A DNA stretch of 64,000 nucleotides from Longimicrobiales bacterium (GTDB taxonomy: Bacteria > Gemmatimonadota > Gemmatimonadetes > Longimicrobiales > Gaopeijiaceae): contig CBDDCX010000006.1 in assembly GCA_965226375.1 (NCBI GenBank), forward strand, positions 1-64,000. Direction: 5' to 3'. Each line of letters begins with the position of its first letter. The stretch's first letter is position 1. Below the pieces are notes generated by a model that searched no databases, had not been told where the DNA came from, and saw only the letters and a program-made list of their open reading frames with translations. Positions 10,536-25,266 of the stretch are shown in pieces. Both the position numbers and the translations under genes were made by a program.

Positions 10536-11520
10536 ATGAAGCGCGCGAGCGGGATAGGACACCTGAAGCCGTTCCTGCCCGGGCTCGAGGCCGTGCTCGA
10601 GGACCCGGAGGTCTCCGAGCTCATGATCAACGGCCCCGGCAACGTCTGGGTCGAGCGCGGCGGCGAGCTCGAGCCCATCGAAGCACCAGCGCTCACCGCC
10701 GCCGCGCTCTACCGGGCGGCGATCCACATCGCGCAGCCCGCTCGGGCTCGATCCCGCGACCCGGCCCATCCTCGACGCGCGGCTCGAGGACGGCTCCCGG
10801 GTCGCCATCTGCACTCCGCCCGCGAGCCCCCACGTGGCGATGACGATCCGCCGGTTCGGGGGCCGCGCGTTCTCAGCCGAGGACCTCGTCGGCCAGGGGG
10901 CCCTGCCCGAGAGCGTGTTCCGCGCGCCCGAGGGCGTGCTCCGCTCCCGGCGGAACATCCTGGTCTCCGGAGGCACGGGCTCGGGCAAGACCACGCTGCT
11001 GAACGCCCTGATCGAACTGCTTCCCGAGGAGGAGCGGATCGTCGCCATCGAGGACACGCTCGAGCTCAGGATCGACCGGACCAACTGCCTGCGCTTCGAG
11101 GCGGGAACCGTCGGGTCCGACACTCCCGTATCGATCCGCGACCTGGTGCGGCACGCGCTCCGCCACCGGCCCGACCACATCGTCGTCGGCGAGGTGCGGG
11201 GCGGCGAGGCCGCCGATCTGCTGCAGGCGCTCAACACCGGCCACGGCGGATCGCTCACCACCGTGCACGCCAACAACGCCAGCTCCGCGCTATCGCGCCT
11301 GGCGAGCTGCGCCATGCAGGCCGGAGGCGCGCTCCCCTGGGAGGTCACCTGCAGGGGCGTGGTCGACGGCATCCATCTCGTCGTCCACATGACCCGGCGA
11401 GGGGGGCGGCGGTTCGTCGAGGAGGCGCTCCGTGTCAAGGGCTACGACTCGGCTGCCAACCGCTGGCTCACCGAAACCGTCTGGAGGAAGCACGATGAAG
11501 AACCAACCGACAAGGAGTGA
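10536..11520 (+). pseudogene. VirB11/CpaF-family secretion ATPase, frameshifted near 10735
   Basis: VSELMINGP in one frame; GGTGSGKTT, IEDTLEL, RPDHIVVGEVRG, TGH..TTVHAN in another. Confidence 0.85.
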
Positions 11521-11524
11521 ACCC

Positions 11525-11728
11525 ATGCCAAGCGACGAGAAGAGCGTCCGCATCGAGTCGCTCGACGACTTCGACCGCGAGCTCGCGCGCGACGGGGGCG
11601 AGGCCCTCGAGGTGCCGGCCTCGCTGGCCGAGCAGTACGGCCTCTTCCCCGAGGACGTGGGCACCGAAGACGAGATCCGGGACGCCTCGGAGGATCCGCA
11701 CGACCGGGAGGAGGAGGTAGACCGATGA
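11525..11728 (+). CDS. Small highly acidic hypothetical protein (67 aa)
   Basis: AAGGAG SD upstream; stop overlaps ardC ATG (ATGA); 24 of 67 residues are D/E. Confidence 0.65.
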   Translation: MPSDEKSVRIESLDDFDRELARDGGEALEVPASLAEQYGLFPEDVGTEDEIRDASEDPHDREEEVDR

Positions 11729-12477
11729 AACACGACGAGTATCACCGCCAGTTCGCCGACCGGGTCATCGAGCAGATCCGCCAGGGCACCGCCCCCTGGC
11801 AGAAGCCCTGGGGGCCGGGCGAGCGTGTGCTTCCCGCGAACGTCGACACCGGACGCTCCTACTCGGGAGGCAACAGCCTGCACCTTGCCGCCGTCCAGCA
11901 GGAGCGCGGCTACGCCGACGTCCGCTGGGGCACCTACCGCCAGATCCAGGCCCGGGGCGGCCAAGTCAGAAAAGGCGAGCAGGGCACCCGGATCCTCTCA
12001 TTCCAGGACCACCGGAAGATCGCCGTCAACGACGAGCGCGGACGGCCCGTCAGGGACAACGCAGGCAAGCGCGTTTACCGCCACGAGCGGATGCCCACGC
12101 CCGTCGTCCGGCAGTACACCGTGTTCAACGCCGAGCAGGCCGACGGGCTGCCGGCTCGGCCGACGCCCACGGCCGAGCCGCTCTGGAAGGTGCACCAGCA
12201 GGCCGAACGCGTCCTCGAGGACGGCGGGGTCCCCGTCCGTCACGTGGCGGGGGACCGGGCGTTCTACAACTTGAGCCGCGACGAGATCGTGCTGCCCGAG
12301 CGCGGGCAGTTCCCCTCCGCGAACCACTACTACCAGACGGCGCTCCACGAGCTGGGGCATAGCACCGGCCACCCGGAGCGCATGAACCGCGCAACGCTCA
12401 CCCAAGGGATCGCCGACGGGTTTGGGTCGCCGGCCTATGCGAAGGAGGAGCTGCGCGCGGAGATCAGCGCCATGATG
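11725..12477 (+). pseudogene. ardC: ArdC-family antirestriction protein, 5' part (interrupted)
   Basis: APWQKPW, YSGGN, WGTYRQ, VRKGE, TVFNAEQ, zincin LHELGHSTGH, YAKEELRAE. Confidence 0.85.
12464..12477 (+). repeat. attL core TCAGCGCCATGATG
   Basis: Exact 14-bp direct repeat with 22857-22870. Confidence 0.9.
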
Positions 12478-12622
12478 GACACATAGAATCCAGCAGCGTT
12501 CGTAGTCATCCAGAGTATTCCATAACCTACCGTATTACCAACGCTTTATAAGTATTCCTCACCGATCTTACCGGCTCACAATATCTCTTTACATCCACCT
12601 TCATCCCCTATATTATGTGGGG

Positions 12623-13855
12623 ATGAGTACTGTAATAGACACGGCCGCCGCGCCACGGAAAACCAAGCCCAGGGGCCGCCATCCCTATCAGGCCCTTTCG
12701 GCTGCCTTCATCCGCACAGCCCCGCCGGGGAGGCACGCGGACGGCAACGGGTTGTACCTCTTCGTCCAGCCGAGCGGCACCCGGAGTTGGATCCAACGCC
12801 TCGTCATCCGGGGCCGGAGGCGCGAGCTCGGACTGGGCAGCGTCGTGCTGGTCTCGCTCGCCGAAGCACGTGAGAAGGCGCTGGCCAACCGCAAGCTGGC
12901 CCGCGAGGGCGGCGACCCCCTCGCAGAAAAGCGGCGCTCCCAGGGCGTGCCGAGCTTCGCCGAGGCTGCCGCGACGGTGGTGGAACAGCAGCAGGCCGGT
13001 TGGCGCGATCCGAAGTACCCGAAAATCTGGCTGAACAGCCTGGAACGCTACGCATTCGCGCGCATCGGCAAGATGCCGGTCTCGGAGGTGACAAGCGCTG
13101 ACTTGCTCGAGGTCCTCGGGCCTATCTGGCACGTGAAGGCGCCCACGGCCCGAACCGTCCGCCAGCGCATGCATGGGGTGCTGGAATGGGCCGTGGCGAT
13201 GGAACTCCGGACCGACAACCCCTGCGACCGGATCGGGCGGGTGCTCGGCCCTCAGAACGACGTTGTGCAGCACTTCCGGGCGTTGCCGCATGGCATGGTG
13301 GCATCGGCCATTCAGACGGTACGGGCTACGGATGCGCCCCGGGTCCTGAAGCTGGCCTTCGAGTTCCTGGTGCTGACGGCGGCGCGGTGGAACGAGGTGC
13401 GCGGGGCCGCGTGGGAGGAGATCGATCCGAGAGAGGGTGTGTGGGCGGTTCCCGCCACACGCATGAAGGCCAAGCGCGAACATCGGGTTCCGCTATGCGG
13501 CCGCGCCATCGACATCATCGACGAGGCCCGGACGTTCGGCGACGGCAGTCCGATTGTCTTCACCGTCGGCTACGGGCAGCCGATCATTGAAAAGCATCTG
13601 CGTCGATTGCTCGCAACGCTCGAGATCGCGGCCGTGCCTCACGGGTTCCGGTCGAGCTTCCGGGACTGGGCGGCCGAGGAGACTGACCATCCCCGCGAGG
13701 TCGTCGAGGCGGCGCTGGCACATGTGGTCCGGAACAAGGTCGAGGCGGCCTATCGCCGGTCGGACCTGTTCGAGCGCAGGCACGTCCTGATGGACGATTG
13801 GGCTGCGTATCTCGCGGGCGAGCGTCGGGACCCGGAGGCCCAGCGCGTCGGTTGA
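12623..13855 (+). CDS. P4-like tyrosine integrase (intact)
   Basis: DGNGLYL, TAARWNE, HGFRSSFRDW, ALAH, AAYRRSDLFERR..MDDWA. Confidence 0.92.
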   Translation: MSTVIDTAAAPRKTKPRGRHPYQALSAAFIRTAPPGRHADGNGLYLFVQPSGTRSWIQRLVIRGRRRELGLGSVVLVSLAEAREKALANRKLAREGGDPLAEKRRSQGVPSFAEAAATVVEQQQAGWRDPKYPKIWLNSLERYAFARIGKMPVSEVTSADLLEVLGPIWHVKAPTARTVRQRMHGVLEWAVAMELRTDNPCDRIGRVLGPQNDVVQHFRALPHGMVASAIQTVRATDAPRVLKLAFEFLVLTAARWNEVRGAAWEEIDPREGVWAVPATRMKAKREHRVPLCGRAIDIIDEARTFGDGSPIVFTVGYGQPIIEKHLRRLLATLEIAAVPHGFRSSFRDWAAEETDHPREVVEAALAHVVRNKVEAAYRRSDLFERRHVLMDDWAAYLAGERRDPEAQRVG

Positions 13856-13943
13856 TCCGCCGCGCTCGCGGCGCCGGCGGACGAGTCCGTCAGGCGCTGA
13901 AGAGCGGGGGCGCGAAGGCTGGCTCATGACCCGTTAGCAGTCA

Positions 13944-14039
13944 GGAGCCAGCCTACCCTTTGGGGCCACGCTTCGCGGGTCCCCGGCAGGGGCTGGCGGG
14001 GGGCTGCGCCCCCTCTGACCCCCCCAACGGCAACGGCAC
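13944..14039 (+). repeat. oriT-like sequence, copy 1
   Basis: 96-bp near-identical reverse complement of 15961-16056. Confidence 0.7.
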
Positions 14040-14150
14040 GTCATGGACGCTGGACGCGGGCGGGGGACTCGCCCCCCTTCCGTCTCGCCGGCGGGTCCTG
14101 ATGGCTGATCGTCGCACCGTCGCCGCCGGCCGATTCGTTGCCGAGAACCA

Positions 14151-15629
14151 CTAGCGGCTCGGACCATGATCGCGCTCTCGCCCACGCTGGCGCATCAGGT
14201 CCAGCGCCCGCGTAACGTCTCGGCGAGCGTCCTGTAGTCCCGGGCCAAGTGCGTCACTTGCCCGCTGAGCTGTTCGACCTGCCGCCGCAAGGTCTCGACC
14301 TGCGCGGCGTGCTGCTGCTGCGCCTGCTCGTACTGCGCGGACAACGCCCGCAAGGCCTTCGTCAACTGCTGTTCTAACGCGGTCATAGAACTCCTTCACT
14401 TGTTCGACAGCTTCAAGGCAGGCCGGGCGCCCACGGTCAAGGGTGGATCGGCCAGCGCGCCGGCCGGCAGCACCACGAACCGCTCCCCCTCGATCTCCCG
14501 GAGCGTGATCCCCCAGGTGGCCGCCTCGAGCCGCGTCAGAGTCTGGCGGGCTTCCTCGATGCCCAGATCGAGGGCGGCGGCCGTCTGGATCCGGGCCTGG
14601 ATGCGCGTCGACAGCCAGTGCATCGTCGCCCAGCTCCCGCCGCAGATGCCAAGCCAGAGGCTCAGGCCGACCACCAGGGGCCGGAGCCAGGCGTTGAGCA
14701 GGAGGGCGCGCATCCGCCCGGTCGCCACCGCCGTATCGGCTTCGATGATACGCAGCGCGTTGCTCGCGACGCGCCGCGAGTTCGCGCCGAGCCGCTCGAG
14801 CTCGCTCGCGGTCAATTCCTCGATCGCCTGGCGTTCGGTCTCCAGCCGTCTCCGCAATCGCTCGGTCAAGTCGTTCGCGTTTGAAGTCATGTGCGTATAG
14901 CTCTCCTTTCAGACGCCACCGGTCCCCGGTCGTGGGATCCAGGGCCGTCAGGTAGTCCTGGCCCTGGCGCGGCACCTCCAGGCCCGCCTCCCGCAGGGCG
15001 GCGACGACATCGGCACGGTTCCGTACCGTGCCGTGCTCGACACGCTGGAGCAGGTAGTCGCGGATCAGGTCACGGGGGGAAGGTTCGAGCGCGAGGCCGG
15101 CGCGCAGGTGCGCCGCCTCGACGTAGGCACGGTGCCCGGGTTGCTGCACCCGAGCCAGCGCCGGGTCATCCGGCCGGCTCCAGCCCTCCTCGGCGTTGAA
15201 GGCGTCGCGTAGCGGGTCGAATGTCTTCTGCCAGCCCGGCGGCGCGATGTTGAGGCTCCGGCCGGTCTCCAGGTCGCACCGCGCGGCGAGGACATGCACG
15301 TGAGCGCCGCCGCCGCGCTCGCGGTGCACCACGGCCGCCCAGGCGTACCGGTCGGGCTCGAGCCCCGCCCAGGCCGTCCGCTCGAAGGAATCCAGAACCG
15401 CGCCGATCTGCGCGTCGGTCGGAGTGTCGTCCGGTGCCCAGGCAATCACGCCCGACGTGTACTTGTGCTCGAACGCCAGCGCGTCGGCCACCACGGCCAC
15501 CTGATGGGGATCCCCCCGGAGGACCTCCACGCCCTCGCGCGGCTGCCCGGTCGCATCCCGCGCCCCGAGCAGGTAGTCGGCCGCCGCCCGGGCCGAGCCC
15601 GTTCCGCGGGCCAGGAACTTAATGTGCAT
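14151..15629 (-). CDS. MbeA/MobA-type (ColE1-like) relaxase
   Basis: MHIKF..AAADYLL, YTSGVIAW, VVHRE..HVHVL, TGRSLNIAPP; C-terminal RDHGPSR. Confidence 0.85.
   Translation of the reverse strand: MHIKFLARGTGSARAAADYLLGARDATGQPREGVEVLRGDPHQVAVVADALAFEHKYTSGVIAWAPDDTPTDAQIGAVLDSFERTAWAGLEPDRYAWAAVVHRERGGGAHVHVLAARCDLETGRSLNIAPPGWQKTFDPLRDAFNAEEGWSRPDDPALARVQQPGHRAYVEAAHLRAGLALEPSPRDLIRDYLLQRVEHGTVRNRADVVAALREAGLEVPRQGQDYLTALDPTTGDRWRLKGELYAHDFKRERLDRAIAETAGDRTPGDRGIDRERARAARRELAARREQRAAYHRSRYGGGDRADARPPAQRLAPAPGGRPEPLAWHLRRELGDDALAVDAHPGPDPDGRRPRSGHRGSPPDSDAARGGHLGDHAPGDRGGAVRGAAGRRAGRSTLDRGRPACLEAVEQVKEFYDRVRTAVDEGLAGVVRAVRAGAAAARRAGRDLAAAGRTAQRASDALGPGLQDARRDVTRALDLMRQRGRERDHGPSR
14195..14386 (-). 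CDS. MbeD/MobD-like protein (overlaps relaxase)
   Basis: MTALEQQLTKALRALSAQYE coiled coil; SD AAGGAG; ColE1-type nested position. Confidence 0.7.
   Translation of the reverse strand: MTALEQQLTKALRALSAQYEQAQQQHAAQVETLRRQVEQLSGQVTHLARDYRTLAETLRGRWT
14396..14890 (-). CDS. MbeB/MobB-like protein (overlaps relaxase)
   Basis: SD AAGGAGAG; coiled coil, one TM segment, TWGITL..GERFVVLP. Confidence 0.7.
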   Translation of the reverse strand: MTSNANDLTERLRRRLETERQAIEELTASELERLGANSRRVASNALRIIEADTAVATGRMRALLLNAWLRPLVVGLSLWLGICGGSWATMHWLSTRIQARIQTAAALDLGIEEARQTLTRLEAATWGITLREIEGERFVVLPAGALADPPLTVGARPALKLSNK

Positions 15630-15960
15630 CGGGGTCGGGGCTCCCGACGGGGGCCAGCGCCGCGAGCGCCCGCTCGATGGCGACCAGGTGGGCGACGATC
15701 TCGACGGCCTCGGCGTTCGCTTTGAAAGTATTGGCCCAGCGGGCGATCTGGTTCAGGTTCGCCCCGATCCGCGCCAGCTCGCGGGTGCGCTCTCGCTCCA
15801 CCTCGGCGTGCGCCACGGTCCAGGGGCGCGCCCGGCCCACCGACCGGCGCACCAGATCCGACAGCGTCAGCCCTGCGGAGCGCGCCTTCGCGTGCCACTC
15901 GGCACGCTCCGCATCGCGGGCGCGGATTTTCACCCACACGTCGCGTCCAGCGCCCCTCAT
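15619..15960 (-). CDS. mobC: MobC/MbeC relaxosome accessory protein
   Basis: RHH-like N-terminus and ELARIGANLNQIARWAN motif. Confidence 0.88.
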   Translation of the reverse strand: MRGAGRDVWVKIRARDAERAEWHAKARSAGLTLSDLVRRSVGRARPWTVAHAEVERERTRELARIGANLNQIARWANTFKANAEAVEIVAHLVAIERALAALAPVGSPDPDAH

Positions 15961-16056
15961 GTGCCGTTGCCGTTGGGGGGGTCAGAGGGGGCACAGCCCC
16001 CCGCCAGCCCCTGCCGGGGACCCGCGAAGCGTGGCCCCAAAGGGTAGGCTGGCTCC
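15961..16056 (-). promoter_or_regulatory. Putative oriT upstream of mobC (copy 2)
   Basis: Directly upstream of mobC; contains GGCTGGCT resembling the ColE1 nic CTGG/CT; GC-rich hairpins. Confidence 0.65.
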
Positions 16057-16615
16057 CGTGCGCCGAACCATTTCGTCCACCAACGCGTGGAGCCCTGGGC
16101 CGTCAAAATCTCCATACCCGTACATTGAGGAGCCCGCCTTATGCGGTGTCAACAACGGAAAAGGAGAAGTTGTCCCAGGTGTTCCAGCGACGTACTAGAG
16201 GCGGACCGGGCTCCGCCAGCGGACGCCCTCGAGCTGCTCCCGGAGAGCATGGGAAAGCCGTAGTCGCAATCGGTCGTGGTGGGTTCTGTTCCGGGACAGT
16301 TCATGCCCCGTGACACACTCGGCATCCTAGCCGAGCACGAAACGCGAAGCCTCGGCGACGGACGGGCCTCCGACGGCTGTTTCGGATCCCTGCTGTTCTG
16401 TGGACACGTCGGTCCATTGTGGATCGGGCACCTCTCGAGATAGCAACTGCATCGACGAGCTATACGCCGGCACGACACTTGTCGTATCTTGCGTGCCGTC
16501 GACCTAGCAGGTTGGCCGGATCGATAAACATGCCAACAGGACCGGAGGCGAGCGGCCCAGCCGTGTGGATATCCGGAGCACCGCAACATGGCACTAGGGA
16601 AACCGACGAGAGCCA

Positions 16616-18190
16616 ATGAAGACAGCGAGCACACGTTCCGATAGTGGGGCAACGACAGGCCATGAGGCCGAGCTGTGGGCGATGGCCGATGCGCTCCGCG
16701 GCTCGATGGATGCCGCCGAATACAAGCATGTAGTGCTCGGCCTCATCTTCCTGAAGTACATCTCGGACGCCTTCGAGGAGCGTCATGCAACGGTGCTGGC
16801 CAAATGGGGCGAAGATGCTGCGGAGGATCGCGACGAATACATAGCAGAGAACATCTTCTGGGTGCCGCCGGAGGCCCGCTGGTGGAATCTCAAGGCGCAG
16901 GCGAGGCAGTCGACCATCGGATCCATCGTCGATGGGGCCATGGCCGCGATCGAGCGCGACAACCCGGGGCTGAAGGAGGTGCTGCCCAAGGACTACGCGC
17001 GGCCTGCCTTGGACAAGCAGCGTCTCGGTCAGTTGATCGACATGATCGGCAACATCCGTGTCGGGGATGCTGAGGCCCGTTCCCGGGACGTGCTTGGCCG
17101 CGTCTACGAGTACTTTCTCTCACAGTTTGCAAGTGCTGAGGGCAAGAAGGGCGGCGAGTTCTACACGCCACGTTGTGTCGTCCAACTGCTCGTCGAGATG
17201 CTGGAGCCCTACAGGGGGCGGGTCTACGATCCCTGCTGCGGCTCCTCGGGAATGTTCGTGCAGTCGATCGCGTTCATTCGTGCTCACGCCAGCGGCAACG
17301 CCAATGGCGGCAAGGCACGCGGCGACATCTCGATCTACGGCCAGGAGTCGAACTACACGACGTGGCGGCTCGCGAAGATGAACTTGGCCATACGAGGGAT
17401 CGGGGGGCAGATCACCCACGGCGACAGCTTCCATAACGATCGCCATCCAGACCTAAAGGCGGATTTCATCCTCGCCAATCCCCCATTCAACGTCTCGGAC
17501 TGGGGCGGCGACAGGCTGGCAGAGGACAAGCGCTGGTGTTACGGCACGCCACCGAAGGGCAACGCCAACTTTGCTTGGGTGCAACACATGGTCCACCACC
17601 TGGCACCGAAGGGCGTTGCGGGCTTCGTGCTCGCCAACGGGTCGATGTCGTCGAATCAGTCGGGTGAGGGAGAGATCCGGAAGAACCTGATCGAGGCGGA
17701 GCAAGTGGACTGCATGGTGGCCCTGCCGGGCCAGCTCTTCTACTCGACTCAGATTCCCGCCTGCCTGTGGTTCCTGGCTCGCCGACGCAACCGGCACGGC
17801 GAGATTCTGTTCATTGACGCGAGAAAGCTCGGACGGATGGTGGACCGGACGCATCGTGAGCTGACCGACGAGGATATTGGTCACATCGCGCACACCTACC
17901 ACGCCTGGCGTACCGGAGAGGGCGACGACGGCTACTCCGACATTCCGGGCTTCTGCAAAAGCGCATCGCTGGATGAGGTACGGAAGCACGGTCATGTGCT
18001 CACACCAGGGCGCTATGTCGGTGTGGAGCCAGAAGAGGACGACGGCGAGCCGTTCGAGGACAAGATGAAACAGCTGGTAACCGAGCTTCGCGAGCAGCAG
18101 GCCGAGGGCAAACGGCTCGACGCTGCCATTACTGCCAACCTGAAGGCGCTCGGGTTGGGCGGAGACTTTCGCGGTCGACAGAGGACGTAA
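16616..18190 (+). CDS. hsdM: Type I R-M methyltransferase subunit
   Basis: [28 protein letters not shown]. Confidence 0.95.
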   Translation: MKTASTRSDSGATTGHEAELWAMADALRGSMDAAEYKHVVLGLIFLKYISDAFEERHATVLAKWGEDAAEDRDEYIAENIFWVPPEARWWNLKAQARQSTIGSIVDGAMAAIERDNPGLKEVLPKDYARPALDKQRLGQLIDMIGNIRVGDAEARSRDVLGRVYEYFLSQFASAEGKKGGEFYTPRCVVQLLVEMLEPYRGRVYDPCCGSSGMFVQSIAFIRAHASGNANGGKARGDISIYGQESNYTTWRLAKMNLAIRGIGGQITHGDSFHNDRHPDLKADFILANPPFNVSDWGGDRLAEDKRWCYGTPPKGNANFAWVQHMVHHLAPKGVAGFVLANGSMSSNQSGEGEIRKNLIEAEQVDCMVALPGQLFYSTQIPACLWFLARRRNRHGEILFIDARKLGRMVDRTHRELTDEDIGHIAHTYHAWRTGEGDDGYSDIPGFCKSASLDEVRKHGHVLTPGRYVGVEPEEDDGEPFEDKMKQLVTELREQQAEGKRLDAAITANLKALGLGGDFRGRQRT

Positions 18191-18192
18191 CG

Positions 18193-22652
<4,460 letters not shown>

Positions 22653-22856
22653 CACCGGATCGGCCAGCGCGGATTGGAACATACCGATCTCAGGCCCGGC
22701 CGCGCGGCCTCGGTTGATCACTCGGAACTCGTCCACGGACTTCTCATACGGTCGGATGGATTCCCGTTCAGAAAGCGGGAGTGAATGAGGGAATCACGTC
22801 TGATCAACAAGCCGTAAGTCTTGTATTATCAATTATTTATAAAGATTCCGCAGTCG

Positions 22857-22870
22857 TCAGCGCCATGATG
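22857..22870 (+). repeat. attR core TCAGCGCCATGATG
   Basis: Exact repeat of 12464-12477. Confidence 0.9.
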
Positions 22871-23146
22871 ACCGGCGAGCGCGTGGGGGTCGGCCACGAC
22901 CCGAGCCGGGGGGCCGCCTACGTCGAGGGCTGGGTCGCGGCCCTCGAGGAAGATCCCCGGGAGATCCGCCGAGCCGCGGCCGACGCACAGAAGATCTCCG
23001 ACTTCGTGCTGGCCCGAAGCCGCGAGCGCGCGGCCGAGCGGGAGCCCACTCCGGTGGCCGCCACCCGCGCTCCCGACCCGCAGCACGCCGGAAGGCCGGA
23101 GCTCCCGCTGCCGGTCCCCAAACGGAGCTCCGGCCCCAGCCGCTGA
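22857..23146 (+). pseudogene. ardC: ArdC 3' part
   Basis: SAMMTGER..AAYVEGWVAALEEDPREIRRAAADAQKISDFV continues EELRAEISAMM in frame. Confidence 0.85.
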
Positions 23147-23169
23147 GGCCAAGGACGGAGCCCTAGGAG

Positions 23170-24057
23170 ATGTTCGACCGCACGATCGGATCGGACCCGC
23201 GTCCCGCCGCGCCGCAAAGCCGCGCTAGCTACCGCATGCGGGACGGCCATCGCCGAGAATACGACGCGAGCCGGGACCGCGGGTCCACCTCCTTCAGAGA
23301 ACGGTGCCGTGGGGCGCTCGCCGACATCGGCATCTACGGCGCCGTCTCCGTCCGCGATCTCGCCGAGGCTCACTTCGGCGGCCATCCCTACACCACGCGG
23401 CGGGCGGTGAACGCCTGGATACGCGAAGGGCTCGCCCAAGAAACCCGAGCCACTGGACCCAACGGCAACCCGTTCAAGATGCTGACTCTCACGCGGAAAG
23501 GCGTGGCCGAGGCCCGGAAGCTGGCCGCCGAGCGGGGAATCGATCCCGGCCAGGAGATCGGGTTCGCACGTACCCGGCCCGCCGAGGCCGCGCACGACAC
23601 CGCCATCTATCGGGCCTGCCGCCAGGAGCACCAACGCCTGATCGAGCAGGGGGCCACCGTCCGCCGTGTGCGTCTCGACGGCGAGCTCAAGAGCGCCGTA
23701 GCACGCAAGAGCGAGTCCGCGCGGGCGAAAGACGGCCGGCGGGCCGCGGACGCCGAACGGCACCGGGCCGCCGGAGCGATCGGCCTCCCCGTCGACGCGC
23801 AGGGACGCGTGCTCTACCCGGATGCGCAGATCGAGTACACCGACTCCGAGGGGCGCACCGGACGCGTCAACATCGAGGTCGCATCGGGCAACTACCGGGC
23901 TCGCTCCATACGTGCCAAGGTGGCCGCCGGGTTCCGGATGCACGCCAACGGACCGGCCGCCGCGCGCCTGCTCCGCTCGCTCGGCGTGGGCGACGGCGGA
24001 GATCGCTCCTCCCTGCGAGGGCCGGCCGACCGGGATCCGGCCGCGCTCGAGCTCTAG
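23170..24057 (+). CDS. Hypothetical protein, wHTH + PD-(D/E)xK-like (possible replication-relaxation family)
   Basis: SD AGGAG; LTLTRKG, AHDTAIY, YPDAQIEY, NIEVASGNY. Confidence 0.55.
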   Translation: MFDRTIGSDPRPAAPQSRASYRMRDGHRREYDASRDRGSTSFRERCRGALADIGIYGAVSVRDLAEAHFGGHPYTTRRAVNAWIREGLAQETRATGPNGNPFKMLTLTRKGVAEARKLAAERGIDPGQEIGFARTRPAEAAHDTAIYRACRQEHQRLIEQGATVRRVRLDGELKSAVARKSESARAKDGRRAADAERHRAAGAIGLPVDAQGRVLYPDAQIEYTDSEGRTGRVNIEVASGNYRARSIRAKVAAGFRMHANGPAAARLLRSLGVGDGGDRSSLRGPADRDPAALEL

Positions 24058-24066
24058 CCCGCCCCC

Positions 24067-24381
24067 ATGCAACCCTGGAAGATCAGCGCGGGGCTGACCG
24101 CCGCACTCTCCGGATCGGCCCTTCTCCTCGCCGGGGACCGGCTCGAGTACCTCGCGCCGTTCTGGGATGTGCTCCTGGCCGACTACGGCCTCGAGGTCGC
24201 GTTGCACGTGGCCCTGGCGATAGCAACTGTCGCGGCCGCCATCTACGCCGTCGCCCGCGCCGCGGGACTCGCAGACCTCGGACAGCGCGTCGATCTCGCC
24301 GAACGCTCCGTCCGGCGAGGCGAGGGAGATCCCGATCTCGCCGACGCCCTCAGGAGAGATGCCGACGGCGAGTGGGACTGA
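24067..24381 (+). CDS. Small membrane protein
   Basis: Two hydrophobic segments; follows the previous gene by 9 bp. Confidence 0.6.
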   Translation: MQPWKISAGLTAALSGSALLLAGDRLEYLAPFWDVLLADYGLEVALHVALAIATVAAAIYAVARAAGLADLGQRVDLAERSVRRGEGDPDLADALRRDADGEWD

Positions 24382-24392
24382 GCGGCGGCGTC

Positions 24393-24518
24393 CTAGGCCT
24401 CGCCCGGGGTCGCGATGCGGTAGCCGACCCCGTGCTCGGTGAAGATGTAGGTCGGACTGGCGGCGTCTTCGCCGAGCTTGGCCCGGAGCTTCTTGACGAT
24501 GATGCGGACGCGGTCGGT
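24393..24518 (-). pseudogene. OmpR-type winged-helix C-terminal fragment
   Basis: Manual translation VRIIVKKLRAKLGEDAASPTYIFTEHGVGYRI; likely the tail of the gene starting at 27433. Confidence 0.7.
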
Positions 24519-24861
24519 TGCGGACCTTGGGGTCCTTCGGGCGCATGAGCGCCCGCGCCACGTCGCTCATCTTGGCACCCTTGTCGCGCGGGTTTACCGC
24601 TCGCACGTCCGGCACTTGACCTCGCTTCTCGGTCATTCGCCCACGTCTGGCGCCGTAGGACGGCGATAAGCGGAACGAGACGACTGTGGGGACCAAATCA
24701 GGGTCGGGGCATTCACAGCGGACTGTTAGGCAGGGATTGCGTGTAGGCTCAACGAAGCTGAAGCCGAAGCCGGGGCCGAGGTCCCACGGGAGTATGCCCA
24801 TGCAGTGAAGCTACGGGCGATGATCGGGCGGTGCGGCGGCTGGATTGGGACCGAGGAAAGC

Positions 24862-25248
24862 CTATACCCACACGCAGATACGACAAAGCCTCCCGGAATG
24901 CCCCTGGGTGAGCTTTGGGCAGATAACTGTGTGAGCGGGATTGCCGTCCTTCGGGTCGAGGCGAACGATGTACTCCTGTGGGCCACCCAGGCCCCGAACG
25001 TCTCCCGCGGTGAACGCGACGAGCCGAAAGCTGTCGTGACCAGCAAGTGCCGAATCGCGATCGATTAGCGATGCCAGGAAGACCGAAAGCTCCCCGGACT
25101 GGTCACGGAAGTTCCCTGAACTCGGGTGGACGCCAGCCGGATGCTGGCCGGGCGGTATTCTACGCCACAGGATCGCATCGTTGGGAATGTTTGGGTCATC
25201 ACCAAGGTCACGACACGCCTGACCGCGTCTAGGTTGATCCCGGGCCAC
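24862..25248 (-). CDS. Hypothetical protein, candidate ADP-ribosyltransferase-fold toxin
   Basis: LWRRI..PSSGNF..LSVF..D....AH pattern; third gene of a compact operon; function is inference. Confidence 0.55.
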   Translation of the reverse strand: MARDQPRRGQACRDLGDDPNIPNDAILWRRIPPGQHPAGVHPSSGNFRDQSGELSVFLASLIDRDSALAGHDSFRLVAFTAGDVRGLGGPQEYIVRLDPKDGNPAHTVICPKLTQGHSGRLCRICVWV

Positions 25249-25266
25249 CTCGGAGAAGCCGGCCTG

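Noticed and set aside
10730..10745. Programmed frameshift in the VirB11-like gene
   Set aside because: No slippery sequence; neighbouring genes are also decayed.
22918..24801. 627-aa minus-strand ORF as one gene
   Set aside because: Only its first ~95 codons look like two joined fragments; the rest is antisense to plus-strand genes.
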